Source: an uncultured virus (IMG/VR IMGVR_UViG_3300035670_000116)
Lineage: Duplodnaviria; Heunggongvirae; Uroviricota; Caudoviricetes
Virus record (IMG/VR): IMGVR_UViG_3300035670_000116
Direction: 5' to 3' (one strand)
Length of the DNA: 64,000 nt
Shown here: in pieces, positions 1-8,435 of the stretch
Position numbering within the stretch: the first letter of the stretch is position 1
How the letters are laid out: the number at the start of each line of letters is the position of its first letter
Notes under the pieces: model-generated
Databases searched by the model: none
What the model saw: only the letters and a program-made list of their open reading frames with translations
Told to the model about the DNA's origin: nothing
Made by a program: the position numbers and the translations under genes

Positions 1-43
1 GCTGATAATCGCACCTATACTGAGAACACCCAAGGAGTCGGAA

Positions 44-238
44 ATGGCCCTATCGAATCAGGTGAAGGAGTCGGTGAGTCAGGCGAAGGATTCGCTTCGT
101 GACGCACTGGCTTTTGCAGCACGGGCCGAGCATCCGGTTACCATCAGTATGATTTCCGACATCCTCTCCAGGCTTGATTCCCTGGAGCATGTGGACGAGA
201 TCATGGAGCAGTTTGGTGCCCGAGCAGCTCAAAAGTAA
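44..238 (+). CDS. hypothetical helical protein, 64 aa
   Basis: AAGGAG ribosome-binding site upstream of ATG; plausible amphipathic sequence. Confidence 0.65.
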   Translation: MALSNQVKESVSQAKDSLRDALAFAARAEHPVTISMISDILSRLDSLEHVDEIMEQFGARAAQK

Positions 239-384
239 ATTTAGGCAGCCGACCGAACAAGAACGGCTAGAAGAATACTTCTGGCAGCTGGAGCGCATGA
301 TCCCCAATCCCCCAAGGGACTGGGCTAAAGCTGCTCGTCCGTGTAAGTGGGCTAAAATATTAGAAGAAAAGAAAAACAATCCTG

Positions 385-669
385 ATGGCTCAGGACAATA
401 GTAAATATTCAAAACCTGAGTTACGCGAGCGAATCAAAGATCGTGTGATGGCTGGTTCCAAGGGCGGCAAGCCAGGGCAGTGGAGCGCACGCAAGGCCCA
501 GCTTGTTGCTCAAGAATATGAAAAAGCAGGTGGGGGATATAAGGGAGGTAAGGGAGAGAAGCAGAAGTCCCTGGAGAAATGGGGGAAAGAGAAGTGGATG
601 ACCAAAGATGAATATGAAAAGCGCAGTAAAGCTAAAGCTGCTGCCAAGAAGTACAAGGACTCTAAGTAA
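385..669 (+). CDS. Lys-rich DUF5872-like protein, N-terminal half
   Basis: KYSKPELRERIK...GGKPGQWSARKAQL..EYEKAGGGY motif. Confidence 0.75.
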   Translation: MAQDNSKYSKPELRERIKDRVMAGSKGGKPGQWSARKAQLVAQEYEKAGGGYKGGKGEKQKSLEKWGKEKWMTKDEYEKRSKAKAAAKKYKDSK

Positions 670-875
670 TGGCAGACCGGGCTATACAGAATGGATATAC
701 AAAGCGGTACCTACCAGAATCCGCCTGGGCCTCCCTGTCTAAAGAAGAACGGCAGGAGACAGATCAGAAGAAACGCTCTGGCAGCCGAAAAGGTAAACAG
801 TTTGTAAAGAACACAGAAGCAGCAGAAAAAGCAGGCCGCGCCGCCCGTGCAGCCAAGCGCTATAAAGATAAGTAA
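669..875 (+). CDS. basic protein matching the C-terminal half of DUF5872-type proteins
   Basis: TKRYLPESAWASLS...KGKQFVKNT motif; TAATG stop/start overlap with upstream ORF. Confidence 0.7.
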   Translation: MADRAIQNGYTKRYLPESAWASLSKEERQETDQKKRSGSRKGKQFVKNTEAAEKAGRAARAAKRYKDK

Positions 876-910
876 GCACCTTTATAATCAGAGAAGAAAT
901 ATTTCTAACC

Positions 911-1087
911 ATGGCTGAAGGTAAAAAGTTTGTCCCTGGCAAAGGGATGGTTCCCGCTGGTAAAGCTGCTGGAAAGAAAGAAGCAATGCCTCCTAAAAAG
1001 GGTGAGGCTGCTGGTAAAAAAGGCGAAGGCGCAGCCAAGAAGGGTGCAGCCGGTGCCAAAAAAGCAATGCCCCCCAAGAAAAAGTAA
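911..1087 (+). CDS. 58-aa Lys/Ala/Gly-rich histone-like peptide (not in ORF track)
   Basis: Read by eye: MAEGKKFVPGKGMVPAGKAAGKKEAMPPKK...KKAMPPKKK; TATAAT at 883-888. Confidence 0.7.
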   Translation: MAEGKKFVPGKGMVPAGKAAGKKEAMPPKKGEAAGKKGEGAAKKGAAGAKKAMPPKKK

Positions 1088-1150
1088 TTGTCAACGAACT
1101 TCTAATTTGCTCCTAATTTGAAATAGATTAGGAGTTCATTAGGAGTTCAG

Positions 1151-1822
1151 ATGACCACCCTTGTCGCAAACGTGCCCCCCGTCAAGGTCTGGGTGCGGCG
1201 TGAGTACTTGCGTGACCTGCGTGATGGCCACGGGGAATACACCCCCGGCTATTGGGTTACCTGCAAGTCGCTCACTGGCCGCGCCCTTTACTTTGAGACG
1301 TACCTAACGGAGTACGGTGCGCTGTACGACAAGCTGCCCATCAGTGCGTTCTTGTCCTGGGATCCCGACTACCCGGACAAACCTGTGGCACCCACACCAG
1401 ATCTACCCCTAACTGACCTGCAGTTCTGGAATGGTTTTGATCACGGGCTTACGGTCATTGAAAAGAACTTGATCTTCAATATGAGTTTTGAAGTCCTGAC
1501 ACGAAGTGCAGGTGTAATGAAGGGCACATATCTATTTACGGTCGACAATTACCATCCTCATAGAAACGAACCCGACTTTTACTTTGCGGAGTTTCCAGAT
1601 GAGCACAAATCCCATAACATCGTGGCTCTGGACAACGGTCAAATTGGTGCTTATCCCAATAACCGTTGTCGCATGTGCGATCCATCACTGACCAACCACG
1701 ACCTCAAAACGCCTGACTTTAAGGTATCCACCCGTTACTTTGATGTAGAACATGCACCAAAGTGGGGCCGCCTTGGTGAACAGGATGATTACTTTTGGAA
1801 AACTCCAAATGAATCGGTATAA
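1151..1822 (+). CDS. conserved aquatic-phage protein of unknown function, 223 aa
   Basis: AGGAG RBS; LVANVPPVKVWVRREYL, GALYDKLPISAF and DNGQIGAYPNNR motifs recalled from cyanophage proteins. Confidence 0.8.
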   Translation: MTTLVANVPPVKVWVRREYLRDLRDGHGEYTPGYWVTCKSLTGRALYFETYLTEYGALYDKLPISAFLSWDPDYPDKPVAPTPDLPLTDLQFWNGFDHGLTVIEKNLIFNMSFEVLTRSAGVMKGTYLFTVDNYHPHRNEPDFYFAEFPDEHKSHNIVALDNGQIGAYPNNRCRMCDPSLTNHDLKTPDFKVSTRYFDVEHAPKWGRLGEQDDYFWKTPNESV

Positions 1823-1832
1823 TAATTAAGTT

Positions 1833-1900
1833 CCCGCTCTGCGTTAGCATCGGGCAGCAACACCCCCTATGCCTCTCAACGATGCACAAACCTGGGGGTC
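1833..1900 (+). ncRNA. two tandem hairpins leading the tRNA cluster (candidate small RNA)
   Basis: CCCG..TGC/GCA..CGGG and ACCCCC..TGC/GCA..GGGGGT stems downstream of TATAAT 1818-1823; no ORF. Confidence 0.4.
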
Positions 1901-1903
1901 ACT

Positions 1904-1975
1904 GGGTCGGTAGTCCATTGGTAAGGACAGGGCGACAAGCCACACTGACAGCTGGTTCGATTCCAGCACGACCCA
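1904..1975 (+). ncRNA. tRNA-like RNA with non-canonical anticodon arm
   Basis: Acceptor GGGTCG/CGACCC, D-arm GTCC/GGAC, T-arm GCTGG-TTCGATT-CCAGC; anticodon region only GGC-GACAA-GCC. Confidence 0.65.
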
Positions 1976-2130
1976 TCGGTACTCGTCAGGCAGACAGCCT
2001 GGAAGGAGGCCGAAGAGGGTACAACAAGGAACGTTGTATTAAATGAAGAGTCCCCTACGCTGCATCGTAAATTAGCGAAACTTGCTTCAGCATAAGTCGC
2101 CTAGTCGCTAATCGTAGGCAGATACTCTCG
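1976..2130 (+). ncRNA. multi-stem structured RNA candidate(s)
   Basis: Stems AGGC/GCCT, GAGGGT/ACTCTC, TACAAC/GTTGTA, CCTACG/CGTAGG, ATTAGCGA/TCGCTAAT; non-coding, between tRNA-like element and tRNA-Pro. Confidence 0.5.
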
Positions 2131-2138
2131 CCCTGCTA

Positions 2139-2212
2139 CGGGGATTAGCGCAGTTTGGTAGCGCATCTGCTTTGGGAGCAGAGGGCCGCAGGTTCAAATC
2201 CTGCATCTCCGA
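2139..2212 (+). tRNA. trnP: tRNA-Pro(TGG), CCA not encoded
   Basis: Full cloverleaf: CGGGGAT/ATCTCCG, anticodon arm TCTGC-TTTGGGA-GCAGA, T-loop TTCAAAT. Confidence 0.95.
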
Positions 2213-2265
2213 TATAACGAAATCGAATAAAAGAGTTATATTAATTACACGAATAAAAGTTATGG

Positions 2266-2520
2266 ATGGCTTGGGCCGACGCCAAGAAGCGCATCGATAA
2301 GAATCGAAAGAAGTTGCTGGAGTACAAGCAGACTCTGCAATGCCAGAAGTGTGGACTTGATGATCACCGCGTCCTAGAGTTTCACCACGTTGGCGACAAA
2401 GATAACAACATCTCCAATATGGTCAACCACGGTTATTCCTGGAAACGTGTGGAGGATGAGATTAGCAAGTGCATCCCACTCTGCTGCAACTGCCATCGCC
2501 TGGAGCACTGGTCAGATTAG
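2266..2520 (+). CDS. HNH endonuclease
   Basis: CQKC...LEFHH...KCIPLCCNCHRLEH; directly after a tRNA. Confidence 0.85.
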   Translation: MAWADAKKRIDKNRKKLLEYKQTLQCQKCGLDDHRVLEFHHVGDKDNNISNMVNHGYSWKRVEDEISKCIPLCCNCHRLEHWSD

Positions 2521-2762
2521 TTCTGATGAAACAAATGTTCCATGATGCAACCGTATAGTTGCGTCTTCATATCAGCAAGAATGCGGACTTCATCACAATC
2601 TGTTTCATCAGGCGGCCACTGTTCGTGCGCATTTTTGACTACTTGATACAGCAGCCTGACCGTTCGCATGTCCATTTGCATGGTGCATGCGGGCTTGAAG
2701 TCCATCAATTGGACCTCAGCGTCGCCTTGATAAACCAAGCAGCCTTGAAGGCTTGGCCGCAC
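2517..2762 (-). CDS. small conserved picocyanobacteria/cyanophage-type protein (start probably near 2705)
   Basis: VRLLYQVV...EQWP...LADMKTQLYGCIMEHLF pattern. Confidence 0.55.
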   Translation of the reverse strand: MRPSLQGCLVYQGDAEVQLMDFKPACTMQMDMRTVRLLYQVVKNAHEQWPPDETDCDEVRILADMKTQLYGCIMEHLFHQN

Positions 2763-3256
2763 AGCTCAGCCATGTAGTTCTGAATGTCGATGGCACCCAC
2801 CTTGGCGGCAATGGGCTCCAGCTTTTTGGTCTTCATTCCCAGCTCCTCCAGGTTCTTGTAGTACACAGCGAGCATGTCGTTACCTTTGTAGCTGGTAACA
2901 TGCTGGATACCAGGACCTGCATCAGCCAAGCCACGAGCGCACATTGGCAGCAGGTAGTCCATGGATCGGATGAACTCACCTAAGGTATCGAACTGTTCGA
3001 CATGAGCCTCGTACTGGTCTTTAAGGAACCCATGCACCCCGAGGAAGTTCGACCCCTCGTAGTTCAGGTGAATGAGATGGGATTGTGTTTGAAGTTCCTT
3101 GAGGTAGGAACAAAGGGAGATGCACTGCTGAATGAAGGCCCCGACATCACCATTCTTTGATTTACCAGGAGCTTTGGGCTTATCCTGGGGCTGAGGAGCA
3201 GCTTGAGTCGGAGGGGCTTGAGGGGCAGGAGCCGTTTGAGGACCAGGGGTATACAT
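2705..3256 (-). CDS. dps: Dps/ferritin-like protein with Pro/Gln-rich N-terminal extension
   Basis: HLIHLNYEGSNFLGVHGFLKDQYE....FDTLGEFIR matches Dps HxxHWNVxGxxFxxLH...DxxAERI. Confidence 0.8.
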   Translation of the reverse strand: MYTPGPQTAPAPQAPPTQAAPQPQDKPKAPGKSKNGDVGAFIQQCISLCSYLKELQTQSHLIHLNYEGSNFLGVHGFLKDQYEAHVEQFDTLGEFIRSMDYLLPMCARGLADAGPGIQHVTSYKGNDMLAVYYKNLEELGMKTKKLEPIAAKVGAIDIQNYMAELCGQAFKAAWFIKATLRSN

Positions 3257-3282
3257 GATGTTCAGCCAATAGTTCTAGTTTA

Positions 3283-4602
3283 TCAAGAAACAACTTCTTC
3301 CCAGTTGAGTGCTGCAACTACATCAGCACCTGCGTTATCAGTTGCGGTAACAACTGTCAGCTCAACAAAAGTTGCAGTAAAGGAATTACGCTCCAGCTGG
3401 TATTTAAAGAGATCTTCTTTATTTAATTCAGCAACAGTAGATCCTTGGTTAGATCCAATTGAGTAGCCCTCACCAAGAATGCGACCTGACCCTTGAGTAA
3501 ACCCAGTGGCAGTTAAGTTGTATTCAACCGCCGACCCACTCCCTGGATCAACCCAAGAACCACCTGTTGTAGTACCACCTGCAATCAAACGCCAGTTATA
3601 CAGTGCGTTGTTAGTTGTCCCGACGAGAGATAGACCAGCCAATACCACGGCTGCATCAGGCTTGGTCGACTTAAGACGAATAGAAGCAATGGGATAATAA
3701 GTGCCAGTTGCCGTCAGATCATATTTAAGGCTTGGGTCATGACCTGCGGCACCGCCAATGCCGCGCAGCTCGTAACCACCTTCGGAGATAACAGTAGAAC
3801 AAATTTGTTTTAGTGTGGCCCCACTTGCAGTGGTGCCCAAGTTTTCAATTTCATACCGCAACGGAAGAGTTGCAGTGGTCATATAAGTTGCGTTCTCGAT
3901 ATTGGCGTGGTGGAATGAATGGCAGTGTACGAATTGCCCATCAATAACAAACCCTGCACGTACCGTACCAACACCCAGCCACTCCACATCAAACCAAGAG
4001 ATCTGTGCTTTGGTTGGATCCAAAGTAAAGCCAGACTTTCCAGTACCATCCAGCTTGTCAATATTCCAACCGCTTTGTTGAATACGGGTATCAACAATAC
4101 TGCCACTGACGCTTGACCGCTTAACAAAGTATGGGCTTTCTGTACCGCTGACTTCAAAGTAGAGACCATTACCAGAAGAGAAATAACCAACACGTTGCCG
4201 GAGGTTGGCCTGCCCTGGCGCCATGACAAAAGTATTCATAACCTCCAGGGATTTACCTGGTTGGTATGGAAACACTTTTTTTGTTTCCCTGTACACCTTG
4301 GCACCAGACGTTGTGTCAACATTGAGATCAATTAAACCGCCACTGGTGTTAAAGGCGTAAGTACCACCAGTTCCTGTTGCCGTATTCCAGCTGGCGTTTT
4401 CTCCGTAACGATGGCTGGAATCAAAAATGGTATATGGATCAGAAGTTCTTAATCTTCCAAACGCATCACCAGCAGTTGTAGCAGGTTGGATTGCAATTGA
4501 TTGACCGCTTATCGTGATTACTTCTAAAGGCTGCCCACTGCACGTTTGTACCTTATAGGTATGAAACAATTCATGGTTCACTGGATCTCTGTACAACGTC
4601 AT
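3283..4602 (-). CDS. putative virion structural protein, beta-rich, 439 aa
   Basis: DAFGRLRTSDPYTIFDS, YQPGKS, EWLGVGTVRAGF motifs; Gly/Thr/Ser-rich. Confidence 0.7.
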   Translation of the reverse strand: MTLYRDPVNHELFHTYKVQTCSGQPLEVITISGQSIAIQPATTAGDAFGRLRTSDPYTIFDSSHRYGENASWNTATGTGGTYAFNTSGGLIDLNVDTTSGAKVYRETKKVFPYQPGKSLEVMNTFVMAPGQANLRQRVGYFSSGNGLYFEVSGTESPYFVKRSSVSGSIVDTRIQQSGWNIDKLDGTGKSGFTLDPTKAQISWFDVEWLGVGTVRAGFVIDGQFVHCHSFHHANIENATYMTTATLPLRYEIENLGTTASGATLKQICSTVISEGGYELRGIGGAAGHDPSLKYDLTATGTYYPIASIRLKSTKPDAAVVLAGLSLVGTTNNALYNWRLIAGGTTTGGSWVDPGSGSAVEYNLTATGFTQGSGRILGEGYSIGSNQGSTVAELNKEDLFKYQLERNSFTATFVELTVVTATDNAGADVVAALNWEEVVS

Positions 4603-4670
4603 GATCTGTGGGCGTTTTCTCTATTATCTCATTCGTTTATAATTGAAGGAAAGAAATAGATTTAAAAGAA

Positions 4671-5156
4671 GTGGCTGACCCTATCAATAGCGATCTTGTA
4701 TCGTTTATCAACCAGGGCTTCAAACCAGGCGACCTGGATAGGGTTGGCCGTACGCTGCGTGCTGAGATCCTGGAGCGCGTTGACCAGGTTGCCAATGTGT
4801 CCGGCAACGCAGGCACGATCTCCGGCAATGTAGCAACTTTATCTGGCCAGGTTGCTTCTCTTTCTGGCAGCGTTGCAACGATCTCTGGCAACCTCAACAC
4901 CCTGTCTGGCAACACCTACAGCAAGACAGAAACTGATACACTGCTTTCTGGTAAAGCAGACCTGTCTGGTGCTACGTTTACCGGTGCGGTTACCGTTTCT
5001 GCTGCAGCCACTGTATCTGGTGTATTTACTGCAACCAGTGGTGTGTTTATCACCAACCTGATTGATGCTTTGGATGACACTGCGGCTCAAGCAAGTGGCG
5101 TTGCAGTGGGTGAGCTTTATCGCACAGCTTCTGTTGTTAAGGTTCGGGTTGCTTGA
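4671..5156 (+). CDS. short fibre-like virion protein with heptad repeats
   Basis: (I/L)SGxVAT heptads, YSKTETDTLLSGKADLSGATFTG fibre motif; GTG start; TATAAT 4638-4643. Confidence 0.7.
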   Translation: MADPINSDLVSFINQGFKPGDLDRVGRTLRAEILERVDQVANVSGNAGTISGNVATLSGQVASLSGSVATISGNLNTLSGNTYSKTETDTLLSGKADLSGATFTGAVTVSAAATVSGVFTATSGVFITNLIDALDDTAAQASGVAVGELYRTASVVKVRVA

Positions 5157-5359
5157 TCCCAGCCATCAATTAAATGGCCGTAATCCCTAGGCTCAGTCAC
5201 AGGGACTTGTGTTGATTTGCACACATCACACGTCCCCATGTGATAGGTAGCGCAGTGTTGTTTAGGAGCGATGGCACCGATCTGGTACCACCGCCCATAC
5301 TTTGTACCGCAAGGATCACAGATCCAGGTGGGATACTCAAGCTTCTTCTTTCGTGCCAC
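5117..5359 (-). CDS. small zinc-finger protein
   Basis: WICDPCG...HMGTCDVC...VTEPRDYG. Confidence 0.65.
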   Translation of the reverse strand: MARKKKLEYPTWICDPCGTKYGRWYQIGAIAPKQHCATYHMGTCDVCKSTQVPVTEPRDYGHLIDGWDQATRTLTTEAVR

Positions 5360-5708
5360 TGATCAGGTCCAGAAAACTTTTGGCCTTATCGTACTCACCT
5401 TTGGTGTAGTTGTAATTATCAGTTGCCGCCTTTAACAAAGCTTCAAACAGCTGGCGACCAGAGAGATCACAACTGAACTCAGCCAAAGTGTCAGCAAAAT
5501 ACTCAGTTGCTTTCTTAAAGGACAACTGCTCAGCTTCACTTACAAGTCGGTCAACAGCATTGCTGGTGTCATGGAGCTGCTCACGACTGTCTTTGGTAGC
5601 CATAGGTTCGGTCATGGAAGCAACGAGTTGGTGTTCACGATACCACTTCTGCCAATTATGAATGGCATCCATGGGTGTGTCATCCTGCCAAACGTGAGTG
5701 TTTTCCAT
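5337..5708 (-). CDS. hypothetical protein, 123 aa
   Basis: Tiles with neighbouring leftward ORFs. Confidence 0.65.
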   Translation of the reverse strand: MENTHVWQDDTPMDAIHNWQKWYREHQLVASMTEPMATKDSREQLHDTSNAVDRLVSEAEQLSFKKATEYFADTLAEFSCDLSGRQLFEALLKAATDNYNYTKGEYDKAKSFLDLISGTKEEA

Positions 5709-5712
5709 AAGT

Positions 5713-5743
5713 AAAAAGGACGCCCCACTAGTGTGGGACGCCC
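5713..5743 (-). terminator. rho-independent terminator
   Basis: GGGCGTCCCAC-ACTA-GTGGGGCGTCC then TTTTT on minus strand. Confidence 0.75.
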
Positions 5744-5759
5744 TAGAAGTTTTGTGTGT

Positions 5760-6083
5760 TTAGTGTAAACCTTCAGAAATAAAGGTGGGTTGTAGTTCTC
5801 CAGCCTCTACTCGTCTGATGGCTTCTTGCATTTCAAACCATCGATCCCTCATGGCATAACCGGCTTCCCTGATACAGAAATCCTGCCAGAGACCAGTGTA
5901 CCGCGAGCAAAGGGGATGGGAAGGATCCTGGCGACCAGAGCATTGGTACATGTGTTCCATAAAGATCACACGTTTTTCTTGCTCCTTCAGGTCCCAGTCG
6001 GTCAGGTTATTCATTGTGAGCGATTGAAGTGACGGAAGTGAAGACGCCAACCACATCAGGGCTGGCCTCAAAGAGTAGCTCAT
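5760..6083 (-). CDS. hypothetical cyanophage-type protein (start probably near 6014)
   Basis: MEHMYQCSGR..HP...YTGLWQ motif. Confidence 0.6.
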   Translation of the reverse strand: MSYSLRPALMWLASSLPSLQSLTMNNLTDWDLKEQEKRVIFMEHMYQCSGRQDPSHPLCSRYTGLWQDFCIREAGYAMRDRWFEMQEAIRRVEAGELQPTFISEGLH

Positions 6084-6204
6084 CTAGCTCGTCTTGGAGC
6101 GCCGCTGCAACTTGTGTTGGTGTTTTCCCAACAAACGGGTCGTAATCCACTTCCAGGTCTACCGCAAAAGATACGGTCAACTTGGGCACAGCAATCGGGT
6201 CCAT
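6007..6204 (-). CDS. hypothetical acidic protein
   Basis: Tiles in operon. Confidence 0.55.
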   Translation of the reverse strand: MDPIAVPKLTVSFAVDLEVDYDPFVGKTPTQVAAALQDELDELLFEASPDVVGVFTSVTSIAHNE

Positions 6205-6229
6205 TGAAGAATATAAAGACCTGTTTAGA

Positions 6230-6742
6230 TTAGCAGTAAATTAAATCTGCTTCCATCAGATCTTCTTTTACAAACTCAAAGTGTTTCTCTTCTTGAAAAT
6301 AAATTGAAAACACATAGCGCGGCCCACCAAGGTTGGCCACGCAATGCTCGATCTGATTATTAAATAAGTAGAAAGTTCTTGGTTGATAACGCAGCTCGAT
6401 CACGTCTTTATTGTGGTCATCAGCCTGGTACCCAAACAAGGTATGGCTTGGGTGATCCAAGTTGATCTGCATATTGATACACGACTGGCGGTAAGCATCC
6501 ACATGCCAGTCATAAAACGTAAAGGGCGGGATCCTCAGAAGTCCCAGCCGCTCAATGGGCCACACCTGGTCAACCGCAGCCAATGCTGGTTCCGCATCAA
6601 TCCAGCTGGGTTTGATCTGAATGCAGTCAAATCCAAAATGCTTTTGCCAGCCCAAAGGAGTTTGGACTAGCTCTTGCAAGTATTTAAATAAGGGGCCAGA
6701 TTTTGTTTTAAGTGGAGCGTAACAATCTTCTGGCAGAATCAT
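6230..6742 (-). CDS. 2OG-Fe(II) oxygenase/cupin-like protein
   Basis: HxD (WHVD) plus distal His (YLFNNQIEHCV) and Arg. Confidence 0.7.
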   Translation of the reverse strand: MILPEDCYAPLKTKSGPLFKYLQELVQTPLGWQKHFGFDCIQIKPSWIDAEPALAAVDQVWPIERLGLLRIPPFTFYDWHVDAYRQSCINMQINLDHPSHTLFGYQADDHNKDVIELRYQPRTFYLFNNQIEHCVANLGGPRYVFSIYFQEEKHFEFVKEDLMEADLIYC

Positions 6743-7002
6743 TGGTTGTTGATGAGGCGTTCTAATGAGTGAGCTTGATGTTGTTGATAAAACCCAAGCC
6801 GCTCTTGGATTACATTGTAATAGTTGATTGCACCATCTACCATTTCTTCTGCTGTCATTTGAGATGCCAAGTTCTCATTTGAAAGCATCGCAGCAGTCAA
6901 CATTGTGACGCCCCATTCTTGCTTGCTGCCAACAATGGCAGACAAAGGAGTCCCATCATGCGTGAACCCAGCCAATAGTTTGGAAACGTTCCCGTCAATC
7001 AT
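6739..7002 (-). CDS. hypothetical protein
   Basis: 4-nt overlap with downstream gene. Confidence 0.6.
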   Translation of the reverse strand: MIDGNVSKLLAGFTHDGTPLSAIVGSKQEWGVTMLTAAMLSNENLASQMTAEEMVDGAINYYNVIQERLGFYQQHQAHSLERLINNQ

Positions 7003-7038
7003 GGGACTCTTTTGCGTATCTATTTATTGTATGGCCGG

Positions 7039-7461
7039 TTATTTATCAGCCCGCATCATGTAATACCAATAGGCACGGGCAGCGTTCTGGTGGAAACGTT
7101 TACCTTGGAGCAGCTTCAGCTTCTTGTATTCAAGATCCTCAGCATTACCTGCTTGGTACGGGGGCACCTGGTCACCGTCATACAGCATGGAAGTTTCCAG
7201 CTCGTTGATCTGCAGTTGTAAGTTGCAGTCATCAACGGCGTGGTTATGGCAGCTCATTTTGATGTGAGCATCTTCCAGATCCACTGGGGGTTCCAGCTTC
7301 TCATAAAACTTCTCCCAGATGTTCGGGTGCTTCCACGGCAACCAAACCTTTATCCACTCCTGGTTCACCGAAGATTCGTTTGGTGCGGATGCTGTATTCC
7401 TGGAAGACTTTGACTCCATGAGGGAGGGGCTGACCGGTTTTGTACGCGTTGCGGATGGCAT
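7039..7461 (-). CDS. hypothetical protein (start uncertain, overlaps Gp157 3' end)
   Basis: Fills the gap to 7002; protein-like C-terminal half. Confidence 0.5.
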   Translation of the reverse strand: MPSATRTKPVSPSLMESKSSRNTASAPNESSVNQEWIKVWLPWKHPNIWEKFYEKLEPPVDLEDAHIKMSCHNHAVDDCNLQLQINELETSMLYDGDQVPPYQAGNAEDLEYKKLKLLQGKRFHQNAARAYWYYMMRADK

Positions 7462-8008
7462 CTAGATTCGGAATGATTTCAGTTTTAGTTTTGGGTTCGA
7501 TCTTCTCTTCGAGGATCTCTCCACTCATAGAACGTACCACGGTTTGTTTGGTTGTGGTGACTTCTTGCTCCATGCAGAAGTTTTGACGTTCTTCTGGATC
7601 CCAGCTATCCAGTTCAGATGAGATTTCAACGGTGAAGTCACGCTTTTTGACCAGTACAAACTGGTAGTTGCGCCCCGTTATTTTGTTTTCATCTCTAGGC
7701 AAAGCACGTCTGAGCCAACTCAGCAGCCCTTTCAATCCACGGAGTTGGGACTCGTGATGGCGCTTGGCTTGGGCCAGAAGCTCTGATTCTTTCTTGATGT
7801 GCTCAAGAGCTTGCTCATGGGATTCCATGGCGTAGTGGATACGATCCACCTTTTCAGAGCGTAAGGAAGCACAGGCTTCCAACTCAGCACGCGCCAAGTC
7901 CTGGGACTCAGGAGTGAGGAGAGGAAGAGAGCGCTCCAGGGCACCATAGTGGTCGTAAAGCTGAATGATGTTGAGATCTCTCAGCTTAGTTTGTGTGGCT
8001 TGGGCCAT
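7301..8008 (-). CDS. siphovirus Gp157-like protein
   Basis: Coiled coil with EKVDRIHY, ending PNLDAIRNAYKTGQPLPHGVK. Confidence 0.7.
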   Translation of the reverse strand: MAQATQTKLRDLNIIQLYDHYGALERSLPLLTPESQDLARAELEACASLRSEKVDRIHYAMESHEQALEHIKKESELLAQAKRHHESQLRGLKGLLSWLRRALPRDENKITGRNYQFVLVKKRDFTVEISSELDSWDPEERQNFCMEQEVTTTKQTVVRSMSGEILEEKIEPKTKTEIIPNLDAIRNAYKTGQPLPHGVKVFQEYSIRTKRIFGEPGVDKGLVAVEAPEHLGEVL

Positions 8009-8010
8009 GA

Positions 8011-8130
8011 TCAGATGGTGTTGAAATGGGATTGAAATTTGTTGAGTGCATAGGCCAGCAGCGCTGCGGCTGCTGTCCAAAGTAAATCTTTCAGTACAGG
8101 AAGTACAGAAGAAATAAGTGCTTCAAACAT
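8011..8130 (-). CDS. 39-aa single-TM peptide (not in ORF track)
   Basis: MFEALISSVLPVLKDLLWTAAAALLAYALNKFQSHFNTI; follows pseudoknot copy 1. Confidence 0.55.
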   Translation of the reverse strand: MFEALISSVLPVLKDLLWTAAAALLAYALNKFQSHFNTI

Positions 8131-8153
8131 GATTTGATTTGAGATGAAATAGC

Positions 8154-8180
8154 GGTCAGTTTAGCGTCGTGACCAGGACG
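8154..8180 (-). promoter_or_regulatory. repeated leader pseudoknot, copy 1
   Basis: CGTC-CTGGTCAC-GACG-CTAAA-CTGACC. Confidence 0.7.
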
Positions 8181-8198
8181 TTGCCCTTGCAAGCAGGG

Positions 8199-8435
8199 CT
8201 AGTCTACCGGATCTGTCAAGTCCTGATCCCAGTCAGGCATGTCCTCACCCAAGGCGTCAGCACAAGCAGCACGAAGGGCACCAATCACAAATGACTTTTG
8301 CCCTTCCTCGCCCCAGCTATTCCAAAGTTCTAGATCAGGATCGGTATCGTCCCATTCGATGTGAATGGTACAGGTACCGTCTTCCTCATCAATCACCTCG
8401 ATCTTTAGCTTTTCTGTCCAGTTCGTGTTCGACAT
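8199..8435 (-). CDS. acidic hypothetical cyanophage-type protein
   Basis: IEVIDEEDGTCTIHIEWDDTDP motif. Confidence 0.6.
   Translation of the reverse strand: MSNTNWTEKLKIEVIDEEDGTCTIHIEWDDTDPDLELWNSWGEEGQKSFVIGALRAACADALGEDMPDWDQDLTDPVD

Noticed and set aside
1904..1975. tmRNA tRNA-like domain
   Set aside because: Has a real D-stem, no G3-U70 pair and no tag reading frame
2041..2081. Hammerhead ribozyme core (TGAAGAG...GAAAC)
   Set aside because: The conserved C of CUGANGA is absent and stem II cannot be formed
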